Source of the DNA: an uncultured virus (IMG/VR IMGVR_UViG_3300033475_000017)
Lineage: Duplodnaviria; Heunggongvirae; Uroviricota; Caudoviricetes
Length of the DNA: 64,000 nucleotides
Reading direction: 5' to 3' (one strand)
IMG/VR virus record: IMGVR_UViG_3300033475_000017
Program-made: the position numbers and the translations under genes
In this document: piece after piece, positions 18,445 through 27,350 of the stretch
Layout: each line of letters begins with the position of its first letter
How positions within the stretch are numbered: the stretch's first letter is position 1
Notes under the pieces: model-generated
The model's input: the letters and a program-made list of their open reading frames with translations, nothing else
The model's database searches: none
What the model was told of the DNA's origin: nothing

Positions 18445-18534
18445 GACGCAGACACGGTTATCGTTCTGCTTTCTTGGACGTTTTCCTCCCTTAACTCGGG
18501 CGGCATGATCTCCGGATCTGCCGCCCTTCTTTTT
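18445..18534 (+). ncRNA. Candidate small RNA: 5' hairpin, U-rich linker with CCUCCC, intrinsic terminator
   Basis: GCAGA/TCTGC stem, TTTTCCTCCC linker, terminator hairpin. Confidence 0.45.
18498..18534 (+). terminator. Rho-independent terminator
   Basis: GGGCGGCA-T-GATC-TCCG-GATC-TGCCGCCC followed by TTCTTTTT. Confidence 0.85.
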
Positions 18535-18973
18535 GCCCTCGAAACCGGCTTGCCCCCGTAATCAATCCGTGCATGATGCGTGGCGTTGATCCGCAGCGCT
18601 TCCAGGCACTGGGCGGCATGTCGCAAAGCGGCATCATCAAGCCCGGGTTCTGGAGTGATCAGATTGCCCGAGGGGGATAGCTGCACCCGAAGGCGAATGA
18701 GTTGGGCAGGATACCCGGGGGCCGCGCCCCTACACCCAACACGCGGCAAGTGAGCGTACTAGTGACCGAAGCCTGGCGCCGGGAATAGGTTGCGCGAAAC
18801 CGAGGGGGTGGAAGGCCCCCACTCACCCCGGATCGGCTGCGACCGCCGCGTCAGCCTCCTGTAGCAGCTTGACGATCTCTTCTTCGCTTATGTCGTGCTC
18901 GCAGTGGATGGCGACGTGATCGAAGTAAGACGCCACCCGATGGCCGCATTGAGGGCACCTATCGGGTAGCTGG

Positions 18974-19273
18974 TCAGAATGCGTCATAGATCGCATCCTC
19001 CATCGCTTCAGCAATGAGAGCGTGGCTTTTGGGGAACTTACTGCGGTCGCCGGCCGTCCGCACGAACGGGTGCGCCTGGTGCCAGTCGCGCACCGTCCGC
19101 ATGTGCGCGGCGACGTCGGGCGGGACCGGCTTCATGTCCTTCAGCCAGCGCTGGATCGTGATCCGGTTGATGTCGGTCGCGCGGCTCATCGCCTCGGTGT
19201 TCCACGAGGCCGCTTCCATGCACTCTCGCAGCTCGGAACCTCCCATGGTCGGGGGCGTGATGCAGTCAGCCAT
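18974..19273 (-). CDS. HTH DNA-binding protein (XRE-like)
   Basis: 'M.GSELRE.M....W.TEAMSRA..INRITIQRWL....PVP..VA'. Confidence 0.65.
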   Translation of the reverse strand: MADCITPPTMGGSELRECMEAASWNTEAMSRATDINRITIQRWLKDMKPVPPDVAAHMRTVRDWHQAHPFVRTAGDRSKFPKSHALIAEAMEDAIYDAF

Positions 19274-19373
19274 TTTAGTATCCCTTTCAAATCGGTCAGA
19301 GCCACCAGGAGGGCGGTTCCGATCCATGCGCCAAGGTAAATCTCGGTGATTAGGCGCGTGAGTGCGTGACGTG

Positions 19374-19580
19374 TCATGTGCGGGCCAACAACCGCCAGAG
19401 GACACCGGCCGTCAGCACGATGTTCGTTCCCGCCATCCAGGTCAGGACGGACAGGCGGGTATCGATCGACGCGAGGCGATTTTCATATCCAGCCAGCTCT
19501 TCAGCCGCTTTATCCGCCTTGTCGGTGGTAGCGCCGGCGTCAATCAGCGCCTCCCGTAGTGCTCCTAGTTGAAGTGCCAT
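19374..19580 (-). CDS. Small protein with C-terminal transmembrane segment (DUF1640-like)
   Basis: 'L.EAL.DAGA...KA..AAEE.A' plus coiled coil and 'LTWM.G' TM. Confidence 0.65.
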   Translation of the reverse strand: MALQLGALREALIDAGATTDKADKAAEELAGYENRLASIDTRLSVLTWMAGTNIVLTAGVLWRLLART

Positions 19581-19619
19581 GTCCCTGCCTTGTGTTGTGG
19601 GGGCCGAAGCCCCCGGTTG

Positions 19620-20495
19620 TCAGATGGAAGCCCACCCGATTGCGTTGGCCTGGCGGGCGATCTCTTCCGCCGCCTGCCGCTCGGCCTCGATGCGCTCGTG
19701 CTCGGCCAGCGCCCGATCGCGGTTGACCTCCTGCGGGAAGCGCCACTGGCCATGGTGCAGCACGTACCCGTGGGCTTTGTGCCAGGCGTCATCGTGGGTG
19801 CTGACCGCGTGCAGCGGTGCGCCGATCTCGCGCAGCCGGCGGCGGGCGGCGATGGCGTGTTCAGCGGCCCGGCGAGCGTCAATGATGTAGCTGCCTTTCC
19901 AGCCCTGCCGTTGGGCCGTGCGCAGATCCGCGTTCGCTCGGTAGAAATCTTCCCGCGCCGCACAGAAGTCGGCCCGAGCCCGCATCGCTTCGGCATCAGC
20001 CGCCGACACCCGGGGGACGTCGGGCGTTACCTCGAGTACCGCCGGGATCTCGCCACCCGGCCAGAAGCGCGCCGCGGGCAGCCGGTGATCGGCGCGGTAG
20101 CGGATCGTGGTGCCCCGCTCGCTCTTGAAGCTGCGAAGGCGCGGCGGGACCGTCACCAGGATGGTTTCGCCGATCGGAGCGCGGACAGCCCAGTGCAGGC
20201 CGTATGCATCGATGATGGCACGCTGCGCGGCGCCAGCGGCTTGCCAGAAGCGTTCGGCGCCGACGGCCGGCGCGGTGGCCAGCGACCGCCTGGGAGCGGC
20301 CGGGACGCGCACGGGACGGCTGGTGACCAGTGCGGCATGCACCGACGCGGCGAGCTGGTCATACTGCTGCACCAGGCCGGCATAGCGGCCGCGCGTGTCC
20401 GGATCGTTGGCCCGATCGCGGGCGGCGGATGCGGCAGCGGCGAAGGCAGCAAGCCGTTCGGCGACGGCGGGCAGGGCGAGAATCTGTGGGGACAT
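19620..20495 (-). CDS. Hypothetical protein
   Basis: Long ORF after operator-containing promoter; GGGGGC-CGAA-GCCCCC hairpin downstream. Confidence 0.6.
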   Translation of the reverse strand: MSPQILALPAVAERLAAFAAAASAARDRANDPDTRGRYAGLVQQYDQLAASVHAALVTSRPVRVPAAPRRSLATAPAVGAERFWQAAGAAQRAIIDAYGLHWAVRAPIGETILVTVPPRLRSFKSERGTTIRYRADHRLPAARFWPGGEIPAVLEVTPDVPRVSAADAEAMRARADFCAAREDFYRANADLRTAQRQGWKGSYIIDARRAAEHAIAARRRLREIGAPLHAVSTHDDAWHKAHGYVLHHGQWRFPQEVNRDRALAEHERIEAERQAAEEIARQANAIGWASI

Positions 20496-20724
20496 GTGAG
20501 CCTCTATGCTCCGTGGCCGCTGCACCATGCTGCGGCCGATGGCGCACAATCGCGCACCATGCGTTGCTAGTCAACGATATCGATAGGGTGGAAAGTGAGG
20601 GGCCGGATTGCATATTGAACCCGGCGAAGTCATCGGCGCTTTGAGTGCAGACAGCGACGAAAACTGCGAGGTTTCAGCCATTAAGGGGCTGCGGAAACCT
20701 CAAAACCATTCCCCAAAACGAACA

Positions 20725-21075
20725 TTACACGCGCGGTGCGCTGATACCAGGATCTTGGTCGGGCGGAATGTTACCGGCCAGTGCACTTTCATGAACCGAA
20801 AAGCGAGGACGAAAGCACCCGCCGAGCTGGCCGGTCGTGCGATCCAGATGCCGGTGGATGCCGGATATGTCGTGCATGAAATTCACAGCGTCAGCCGCCA
20901 GAAGGTCATCCAGACGCAGTGGGTTGCCATTCAGATGGCACGCAGAGATGTCCATGTGCAGGGCAAGCCAGTCCTGTTTGACGCCGTGCTCTTCGTAGAG
21001 GGATTGAGCACGACGGAAGATTTTCTGGATCAGATCGCGATCGGGCGCGGGTGCATTCAATCTCACATGTGGCAT
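20725..21075 (-). CDS. Conserved phage protein (DUF6874-like)
   Basis: 'MDI.ACH....PLRLDDLL.AD..NF.HDI.GI.RHLDR.TG.L..CF.PRF'; GGAGG RBS. Confidence 0.65.
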   Translation of the reverse strand: MPHVRLNAPAPDRDLIQKIFRRAQSLYEEHGVKQDWLALHMDISACHLNGNPLRLDDLLAADAVNFMHDISGIHRHLDRTTGQLGGCFRPRFSVHESALAGNIPPDQDPGISAPRV

Positions 21076-21495
21076 GGGAACCTCCGTTTACGATGTCGAT
21101 TTGAGGATCTTGATCTCAGCGATGAGTGACCTCACGATCATCACCCAGTTGACCCCGCCAAGTTTCATGTGGGGAGCCTCCGCATCGGCCAGGACAGACC
21201 AAGCGGAGAGCAATTCATCCGTCACTATGATGGGGGCCGTCTGGTCTTCCATCATCGCCTCCGTTTATAATTTCACGGCCCCGGCATGGCATGCGCGGAC
21301 AACCACGTCGCCCGGCTCGGCCGAATAGTTGGACTGATGGGTGATCAGCGTCCGCACTTCGCGTGCCGCCTCGGTGGTGGTCATATCGGCCGGCACGGTC
21401 ACACGAACCGTAAGCGTGACCTCCTTTCGCTTTGCCATGGCTGTCTCCTATTGGACAACCAAAGCTGACACGGTAGACCGGCGCTTGCCACCATG

Positions 21496-22440
21496 TCAGT
21501 CGGGCGTCACGTAGCTTGCGCGCTGCCACGCATCGATCGAGGCGATCCGGAAGCGGGCGGGAAACACCGTCGTTTCGTCCGGTGCGCCTCCCCAACTGGT
21601 CGGCCCGCCCACCGCCAGGTTGGCGATCAGGTAAAACGGCTTGTGCATGTTCGCCGGCGTGGGCTGGCTGAACACCAGCTTGCGATCGAGGTAGAACCGG
21701 ATCGTGGTCGGGCCCCAATCCACACCGTACTGGTGAAAGCCTTCCGAGAGGTCCACACCGGCGGCCGTGGCGTAGCCGATCTGGGTGGATGCGCTCGTGT
21801 CCGTCTTGTAGCTCGGGTCGTGCAGCGTGGTGTTGAGCACGTCGGTCTGGCTGCCCAGGATCTCCATCACGTCGATCTCGGGGGGCCATGTCATGTCGAC
21901 CGGCATCAACCAGAACGCCGGCCAGAGTCCGTCCCCTTTCGGCGCCTGGCCGCGCAACTCGAAATAGCCGTATTGCTGGCTGAACGGGTATGTGCAGAGC
22001 GAGCCCGACGTATAGGCCGGCGAGTAGCCCGCCGGCAGCCACGGCAGCACCGACGCGGGCGTAGGCTCCGCGGTGATCGTCAGGATGCCGTCGGCCACGC
22101 TGAACGGGTTGTAGCCGTCCACCGCAATCTCATCGCCGTTGGGATAGGGGGCGAGCTCGGAACTCAGCCATGAGAACCCCGGGTATGGCTTGCCGGGTGG
22201 CACGTAATCCGGCTCGCTGGGCGACGGCGTGTTGTGGATATAGCCCGCGGTCAGGTAGCAGCCTGGGTCGGTCAGAGCGGGCGGGGTCGCGCCAGCGGCC
22301 AGCGGGTAGACCTTGCCCACGTGCCATTCGGGCAGCGTGGTGAAGTCGGTCGACCAGCCCGGCCGGATGAAGTCGGAATCGTCCAAGGGTGCACCGAGCA
22401 CATCGCCCGGGGTGTTGATGGCCGTGGATGCTTCGGTCAT
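21496..22440 (-). CDS. Glycoside hydrolase family 16 (beta-glucanase-like)
   Basis: 'YGYFE.R', 'GLWPAFWL', catalytic 'EIDVME', 'FH.YG.DW'. Confidence 0.92.
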   Translation of the reverse strand: MTEASTAINTPGDVLGAPLDDSDFIRPGWSTDFTTLPEWHVGKVYPLAAGATPPALTDPGCYLTAGYIHNTPSPSEPDYVPPGKPYPGFSWLSSELAPYPNGDEIAVDGYNPFSVADGILTITAEPTPASVLPWLPAGYSPAYTSGSLCTYPFSQQYGYFELRGQAPKGDGLWPAFWLMPVDMTWPPEIDVMEILGSQTDVLNTTLHDPSYKTDTSASTQIGYATAAGVDLSEGFHQYGVDWGPTTIRFYLDRKLVFSQPTPANMHKPFYLIANLAVGGPTSWGGAPDETTVFPARFRIASIDAWQRASYVTPD

Positions 22441-22603
22441 CTCGCTGCCTCCGATTGGGTTGCGGCGCAGCATTACAGCGTGTCCGGTGCCTGGGTTATG
22501 TCGGGTCGATTTCCGTTTGTGGCGCTGGTGAAACCTCTGTTGCGTGATTGGACACAGGCAAACTCAAGGGAAAACCTCGCGTGGCAAACCGGGAAGGAAA
22601 ACC

Positions 22604-23068
22604 ATGGCAGACGATGCAGCCTCATGGACGATCAAATCAATGCCGATCGAGACGCGGCAACGCGCGGTGAAGGCCGCACATGCCCAGGATCAGACCATGG
22701 CCGAATGGATGGTCGACGCGGTAAACCGACTGGCAGACCAGCAGGCAGGAAACCAGGTCATACCGCCTGGCAAACCGGATCCCCAGCGGCGCGCGGCCGA
22801 GCTGCCGGACATAGACCTGCAGGGCCTGGCGAACGCCATCAGCGCCACCGTGGGAGCGATCCAGGCGGCAGGTGGCAAGCCACCGCTATCACTCGGCCGT
22901 GACGCATCGGCGACGCTACGGCTCTACATGCGAGCTGCGCGCGGCCTCCCCGAAAAGGAAAAGGGTCAAGGTCGGCGCCCCGGCAAACTTATCGGCCAAA
23001 ATGGGCAAACCGACCTCGAAAACAGGCAAACCTGGAGGGGCGTGCTGGTCGAAGAAGGCCAGGAGTAG
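22604..23068 (+). CDS. Putative ribbon-helix-helix DNA-binding protein
   Basis: 'WTIKSMP.ETR..A..AA....QTM.EW...AV'. Confidence 0.6.
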   Translation: MADDAASWTIKSMPIETRQRAVKAAHAQDQTMAEWMVDAVNRLADQQAGNQVIPPGKPDPQRRAAELPDIDLQGLANAISATVGAIQAAGGKPPLSLGRDASATLRLYMRAARGLPEKEKGQGRRPGKLIGQNGQTDLENRQTWRGVLVEEGQE

Positions 23069-23144
23069 CCGATAGTTTCGACTGCGGAAATGCGAACGGC
23101 CGCCCTTGACTGGACGGCCGCCCTCATGCCCTCATCATGGTGAT

Positions 23145-23630
23145 GGCCGACTCGATCTGGAAAATCGACTCGGCCGGGACCGGATCTCCGTGCGGGCGGA
23201 TCGGTCCCAGATGGGTGACACCGAAGCTATACGCTCCGAGTCGCCCGTTCAATCCCCCCAAAGCCCCAGCCGTGCCTAACGATCGCGCGAGCGGTCGATC
23301 CCTCATGTCGTCTTGCGCATTGGCGGGGCAGGGGGGCGAGAAAACCGGGGAACCGTGTAAGCTGCTGGTTCTAGACCCCGGGCGCTGCGACTGAGCTGGG
23401 AACGGCTAGGCCCCACGGCGTGAACCACCGGACGCACGAGCTATCGCCTGGCGCCTGCCCGTAGCAGGCCGCGCCAGTACGCTCGCCGGTCATACCAGGG
23501 GGCTCAGGCACAGCCGGTGCGTCCGGCCAAGGCTCGACCGCAATGGGGCCCGGCTCGGCTTGGGGACTCACCGGTCAGTAGCCCGTAAGGCATTGGCGAA
23601 GGCCGTGCCCAATGCGGACTGCTGACCACT
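23145..23630 (+). ncRNA. Candidate large structured non-coding RNA (~490 nt)
   Basis: Consecutive and nested stems, G-U pairs on the + strand, GCGA tetraloop, no credible ORF between convergent genes. Confidence 0.6.
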
Positions 23631-23640
23631 CCGAAACCCT

Positions 23641-23745
23641 CTCAACTTGAAGACTGACTGTTTTTCTTCTTCCCTTAAAATTAATATATTTAATAAAGCG
23701 TCTTCTTAATCTCTTTAGCCCTCTGGATACTTACTTCAATCACTG
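23641..23745. other. AT-rich tract (candidate unwinding element or origin)
   Basis: TTTTTCTTCTTCCCTTAAAATTAATATATTTAATAAAG in a GC-rich genome. Confidence 0.5.
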
Positions 23746-23752
23746 ACCTTGG

Positions 23753-23777
23753 AAGCCTCCCTATTACGGGAGGCTTT
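23753..23777. terminator. Hairpin AAGCCTCCC-TATTAC-GGGAGGCTT, probable terminator
   Basis: 9-bp perfect stem just past the stop of the leftward operon. Confidence 0.65.
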
Positions 23778-23787
23778 CTCTGGCCGA

Positions 23788-23949
23788 TCAGCTTTTCAGC
23801 CTCTCGCAAATGCGATCCAACGCAGCCGCAATCGCGAAGCTCGCGGCAGCCTGGGCAAAACTGGCTGCAGCTTCTTCGGAGCCAGCCCGCTGCGACAGTG
23901 CGATCATGGCGTCTGCCATTTCGCTCAGTGTGGCAGTTTCTAATGCCAT
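23788..23949 (-). CDS. Small hypothetical protein (53 aa, not in ORF track)
   Basis: MALETATLSEMADAM...CERLKS; start coupled to upstream stop. Confidence 0.5.
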   Translation of the reverse strand: MALETATLSEMADAMIALSQRAGSEEAAASFAQAAASFAIAAALDRICERLKS

Positions 23950-24332
23950 CAGCTTTTCATCCTCACGCAGATGCGGATTGCCTCGCGCAACGGCGTGAGC
24001 GTGTCGGCCAGCTCCGCGGCCTCCACCAGGCAGCCGAGCGCTTCGTTTTCGGTCTCGGCCGTGTTTGCCGCCCTGGACGCATCGCTGATGCGCAGCCCGC
24101 GAACGGCAAACTCGGTGATCAGCAACCGAATGTGCGAGCGGATTGGATCGGGCTGTTTGGGCTGCACAGCATCGACGGCGCCGGCCTTAAACCTGGCATC
24201 GTCGTTAACGATTGCGCTCAACCGTTCCAATTCGTGGGCAGCTTTGATCAGCACGTGACGCTGTGGGCCGGGTGGATAATCTGCCCGCAATAAGGCAATC
24301 AGAGCCGTTGTTTGGTTTCCCTGGTCGCTCAT
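23949..24332 (-). CDS. Hypothetical protein
   Basis: In-operon ORF. Confidence 0.55.
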   Translation of the reverse strand: MSDQGNQTTALIALLRADYPPGPQRHVLIKAAHELERLSAIVNDDARFKAGAVDAVQPKQPDPIRSHIRLLITEFAVRGLRISDASRAANTAETENEALGCLVEAAELADTLTPLREAIRICVRMKS

Positions 24333-24336
24333 TCCA

Positions 24337-24564
24337 TCAGTCCTCCTCTATGGGTTCGTCCGCCTCGTAGGACGGGTCGGTGAAAATCTCGGCGCGGAAA
24401 TGCTTGCGCCGCGTGCCCTCGCAGCGGTCGCACACGTAGCAGCAGAAGATACCTCGGGCGTCGACCAGGGGGCGCTTGCCCCCCGGGTGGTCACACTGTG
24501 CTGCAGGTTCGGCCTGGGCCGCCGTTATGACGGTGTGATCATCGATCACGATAAAGCGTGCCAT
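24337..24564 (-). CDS. Small Cys-containing phage protein
   Basis: 'DARGIFCCYVCD.C...Y.ADEPIEED'. Confidence 0.65.
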   Translation of the reverse strand: MARFIVIDDHTVITAAQAEPAAQCDHPGGKRPLVDARGIFCCYVCDRCEGTRRKHFRAEIFTDPSYEADEPIEED

Positions 24565-24710
24565 GGGTCAGCCTCCGCTCGCATCGAGCTTGTTGAGGAC
24601 GGCGCGCAGCGGGCGGACGTCGCTCTTGGGCGCATTGACCAGCGCCTTGGTGATCGCCCGTGTGAGGGCGTCGATTTCGCGCCGGGTCAGCGGGATGTCG
24701 ATCGGCTCTT

Positions 24711-25520
24711 TCATGTCGCGTTCCTCGCGGTGTGGCTGGCGCCCAGCTTTTCGCCGTAGTGCTGGGCAATCAGCTTGTTGGCCCGCGTCACCAGATCCTG
24801 GCGCAGCGGGTAAAAGTGCGCGTTGCCATTGCCGTAGAACAACCGAACCCGGAAATATTCGGTCTCGGCCTGGTCGGCCTTCTGGCTCATGGCCGTGCGG
24901 ATCGCGGACAGGATGCCCTGCTGGTATTCAGGCGCGGGCTTGCCATCGAGCACGTGCATGCACCGGTCGATGTCCCGTACCGAGTCCTGGCGATGAAGGT
25001 TCAGGGAGGGCCACTTTTTGCCGCCAGTGACCAGTCCTCCGACCAGGAACCGCGGGCCGATCTTAAACCCGTCGTGGCTCTTGTAATCGGCACAGAACGT
25101 GCGGAAAGCGGTTGCCAGCCCGCGGCGGAAGATCATGTTCGCATCGCCAGCGAGGCGTTGCATCGTCGCAAGCACCGTGTCGGGCGTGATCTCCGGTGGC
25201 TCTTTCTGCAGCGATTCCTCGAAGGCCTTCCGCTCCTGGCCATCCATGAGCGAGCCCAGCGGGGTGGCATCGATGAAAAAGCGCCACATGTCGCGGTCGA
25301 CCTCTTCGCGGACGTCTTTGTCCTCGTAGGGCCGATACCGCATATCCCGCAGAAAGTCGTTGCTGACATGCTGCTTGCCAGCCACGGCCAGCCGGTGGGC
25401 GTCCTGTGCCGCCTTCAGCGTGTCGGCAGCCTGGCGGTAGAGCTGCAGAGCGCGGGCGCGATGCCCGCAAAGCTGCTCGATTGAGTCCTTGCGGACGATA
25501 TCAGTGCCGGGCGTGATCAT
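24711..25520 (-). CDS. DUF4942-domain protein
   Basis: 'VDR.MW', 'IFRRGL..F...YKSH..FKIG', 'LDGKP.P', 'EYF.VR.F..GNAH', 'DLV..AN..IA.HY'. Confidence 0.8.
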   Translation of the reverse strand: MITPGTDIVRKDSIEQLCGHRARALQLYRQAADTLKAAQDAHRLAVAGKQHVSNDFLRDMRYRPYEDKDVREEVDRDMWRFFIDATPLGSLMDGQERKAFEESLQKEPPEITPDTVLATMQRLAGDANMIFRRGLATAFRTFCADYKSHDGFKIGPRFLVGGLVTGGKKWPSLNLHRQDSVRDIDRCMHVLDGKPAPEYQQGILSAIRTAMSQKADQAETEYFRVRLFYGNGNAHFYPLRQDLVTRANKLIAQHYGEKLGASHTARNAT

Positions 25521-25523
25521 CGG

Positions 25524-25991
25524 TCAGCCCTCCGCTTTCGCCAGAGCGTCGGCGGCAGCGACCAGCAGCTTGTGCGGGCTGTTCGCATCGCGCGGGCTGG
25601 TGTGCTCCCGGCCCCAGTCCAGCAGCGCCCGCAGCGCCGGCACGCAATCCGCGAACGAACGATTGCGGTGGCGGGTGGGGACGCCTTCGACGCTCGCCAG
25701 CACGGCCGTGATACCCGCAGCCACGCTGGTTTCGCCGGCATCCAATCGCGCCAGCCAGGGCATCGCCTGCGGGCAGGATGCAACCGCCTTCAGCAGGTCG
25801 AACATCTCGGCCGCGGCCACTATCAGGTCGGCATTGGCCTTGTTCTCATCGAAGAACGGGCCGCGCGTCTCGCAAATGCCCGCATCGACGTGTGCGATCG
25901 CCGATTCGTAGCCGTGCCAGTTGGCCATGATCGACCAGCCGAACGAACCGGACTTCTTAACGGCCCAAGGCCCAGGTGTGTGCTTTGACAT
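25524..25991 (-). CDS. Hypothetical protein (HTPGPW family)
   Basis: 'MSKHTPGPW', 'ANA.LI.AA.EM..LL', 'ALAKAEG'. Confidence 0.7.
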   Translation of the reverse strand: MSKHTPGPWAVKKSGSFGWSIMANWHGYESAIAHVDAGICETRGPFFDENKANADLIVAAAEMFDLLKAVASCPQAMPWLARLDAGETSVAAGITAVLASVEGVPTRHRNRSFADCVPALRALLDWGREHTSPRDANSPHKLLVAAADALAKAEG

Positions 25992-25994
25992 GGT

Positions 25995-26192
25995 TCAGCC
26001 CTCCACTTTCTGGCAGTGCCAGTCGAATTGAAACGGATGCAGGTAGTACGGGCCGTTCGAGACGATCCAGCGCTCGCCGGCCGGGGTGCGGTGGTACTCG
26101 GTGTATCCGCCCTCGCCGGGGTTCCCGAACGAACAAGACCACTTCGCGTCCGCGGGCAGCGCCTTGAGGGCTTCGGTCAGGGACGTGGCCAT
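25995..26192 (-). CDS. Small hypothetical protein
   Basis: GGAGG RBS, in operon. Confidence 0.5.
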   Translation of the reverse strand: MATSLTEALKALPADAKWSCSFGNPGEGGYTEYHRTPAGERWIVSNGPYYLHPFQFDWHCQKVEG

Positions 26193-26194
26193 GG

Positions 26195-26671
26195 TCAGGC
26201 CTCCACCAGCTCGGGATCCGCATTGACCTGCCAGCCGAGGCCGACGCAGCCGTATTTCCATTTGTCGGGGGCATCGGGCCGGTTCCAGCGCACCAGGTAG
26301 TGGGCGCCGCGGCAGGGCACCGGCCGCTTGAACACGGGATCGTTGTCCCAGTCGACCACGCCGTAGCGCTCGGGCTGGGCGTCGATCTGGGCGCGGTGGC
26401 GATTGTATTCGGCGAGGCGCCAGGCGTTGAAGGCGTCGACCACATCCTGGGGAACAGGCTGCGCGGAAGCGGTCAGCAGGCCGATCGCGCCCACCACGTC
26501 GCGTTCCCAATCCGCATCACTGTATGAGCTGATCGACCGCTGGTATTCGGTGGCCTCATAGCGCACCCGAAGGGTGGACAACTCGCCGGCGCCAAAGACG
26601 GTATAGTAGGCCTCGCCGAGGCCGCTGCTATCCCAGCGGAATGTGTAACGGTTTGAACGCTGATCGGACAT
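26195..26671 (-). CDS. Hypothetical protein
   Basis: First ORF downstream of the operator/promoter at 26694-26753. Confidence 0.6.
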   Translation of the reverse strand: MSDQRSNRYTFRWDSSGLGEAYYTVFGAGELSTLRVRYEATEYQRSISSYSDADWERDVVGAIGLLTASAQPVPQDVVDAFNAWRLAEYNRHRAQIDAQPERYGVVDWDNDPVFKRPVPCRGAHYLVRWNRPDAPDKWKYGCVGLGWQVNADPELVEA

Positions 26672-26693
26672 CGGGCACCCCTGGGGCTCATTC

Positions 26694-26753
26694 GCCGCAC
26701 CATGCGGCTCGTTGACAATCCGAAGCTATCGCGCATCGTGCGTGACTGTCAAC
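26694..26753. promoter_or_regulatory. Two operator palindromes plus inverted GTTGACA/TGTCAAC boxes
   Basis: GCCGCACCATGCGGC, CGCATCGTGCG, GTTGACA...TGTCAAC. Confidence 0.7.
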
Positions 26754-26789
26754 GAAGCCGGTCGGGTGACCAGGGGGGCCGATAGCCCG

Positions 26790-27311
26790 TCAGTTATGCT
26801 CGGCGGCAGGCGTGGTGTCGGTTACGGCTTCAACGGGCGAGCGGAACGGCCGCAGCCTGCGGGCGTGCCAGGTGCGCTTGCTGACGTCGCTGGCGTCCCG
26901 CATCTCGATCACCACACCGAAGCTGCGCTGCATCTGCAGGATGTACTTCTGCGAGAACGTCCAGCCCGTCACGACGCGCATTTCCTCGAGCGTCGCACCC
27001 CGCTTGCGCATCATCAGCCGCACGGCCTGCCCGCTCTTGCTGTCCCAATCCACGTCGGTCTTCGCCGGCGGGTCGATGCAGGTGATTGCAGCGCCAGCGC
27101 CCGAGCTGATGATGATGCGGGCGCCGATGCTCTTGGCGTAAGGCCTGGCGAAAGACCGGGCGGCCTCGATGCTCTCGAAATGCCCGTCGATTTTGAGCGA
27201 GAAGCCGGGCGGCATCGTTGCTGCACCGGTCCCGTGGACCCAATCGGCGATTTCTGCGACCTGTGCTTTGCGACTCATGGTGTGGGTGCTCTCCTTAAGC
27301 GCGTTGGACAT
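26790..27311 (-). CDS. DUF3489-like winged-helix protein (paralog 1)
   Basis: 'SKSGQA..LMMR..GAT.EEM...TGW'. Confidence 0.65.
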   Translation of the reverse strand: MSNALKESTHTMSRKAQVAEIADWVHGTGAATMPPGFSLKIDGHFESIEAARSFARPYAKSIGARIIISSGAGAAITCIDPPAKTDVDWDSKSGQAVRLMMRKRGATLEEMRVVTGWTFSQKYILQMQRSFGVVIEMRDASDVSKRTWHARRLRPFRSPVEAVTDTTPAAEHN

Positions 27312-27350
27312 GCCATTGCCCCCGATAACCTGGTGCGGCCCGAGTGTGCT

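Noticed and set aside
18660..18710. GGCGAATG resembling the HDV/theta ribozyme J4/2 strand
   Set aside because: Could not build the nested P1/P2/P3/P1.1 pseudoknot from flanking sequence.
23145..23630. Group I/II intron, tmRNA or tRNA identity for the large structured element
   Set aside because: No P7/R-S, domain V or tRNA T-loop motifs recognisable by eye, and it does not interrupt a gene; an Rfam search is still required.
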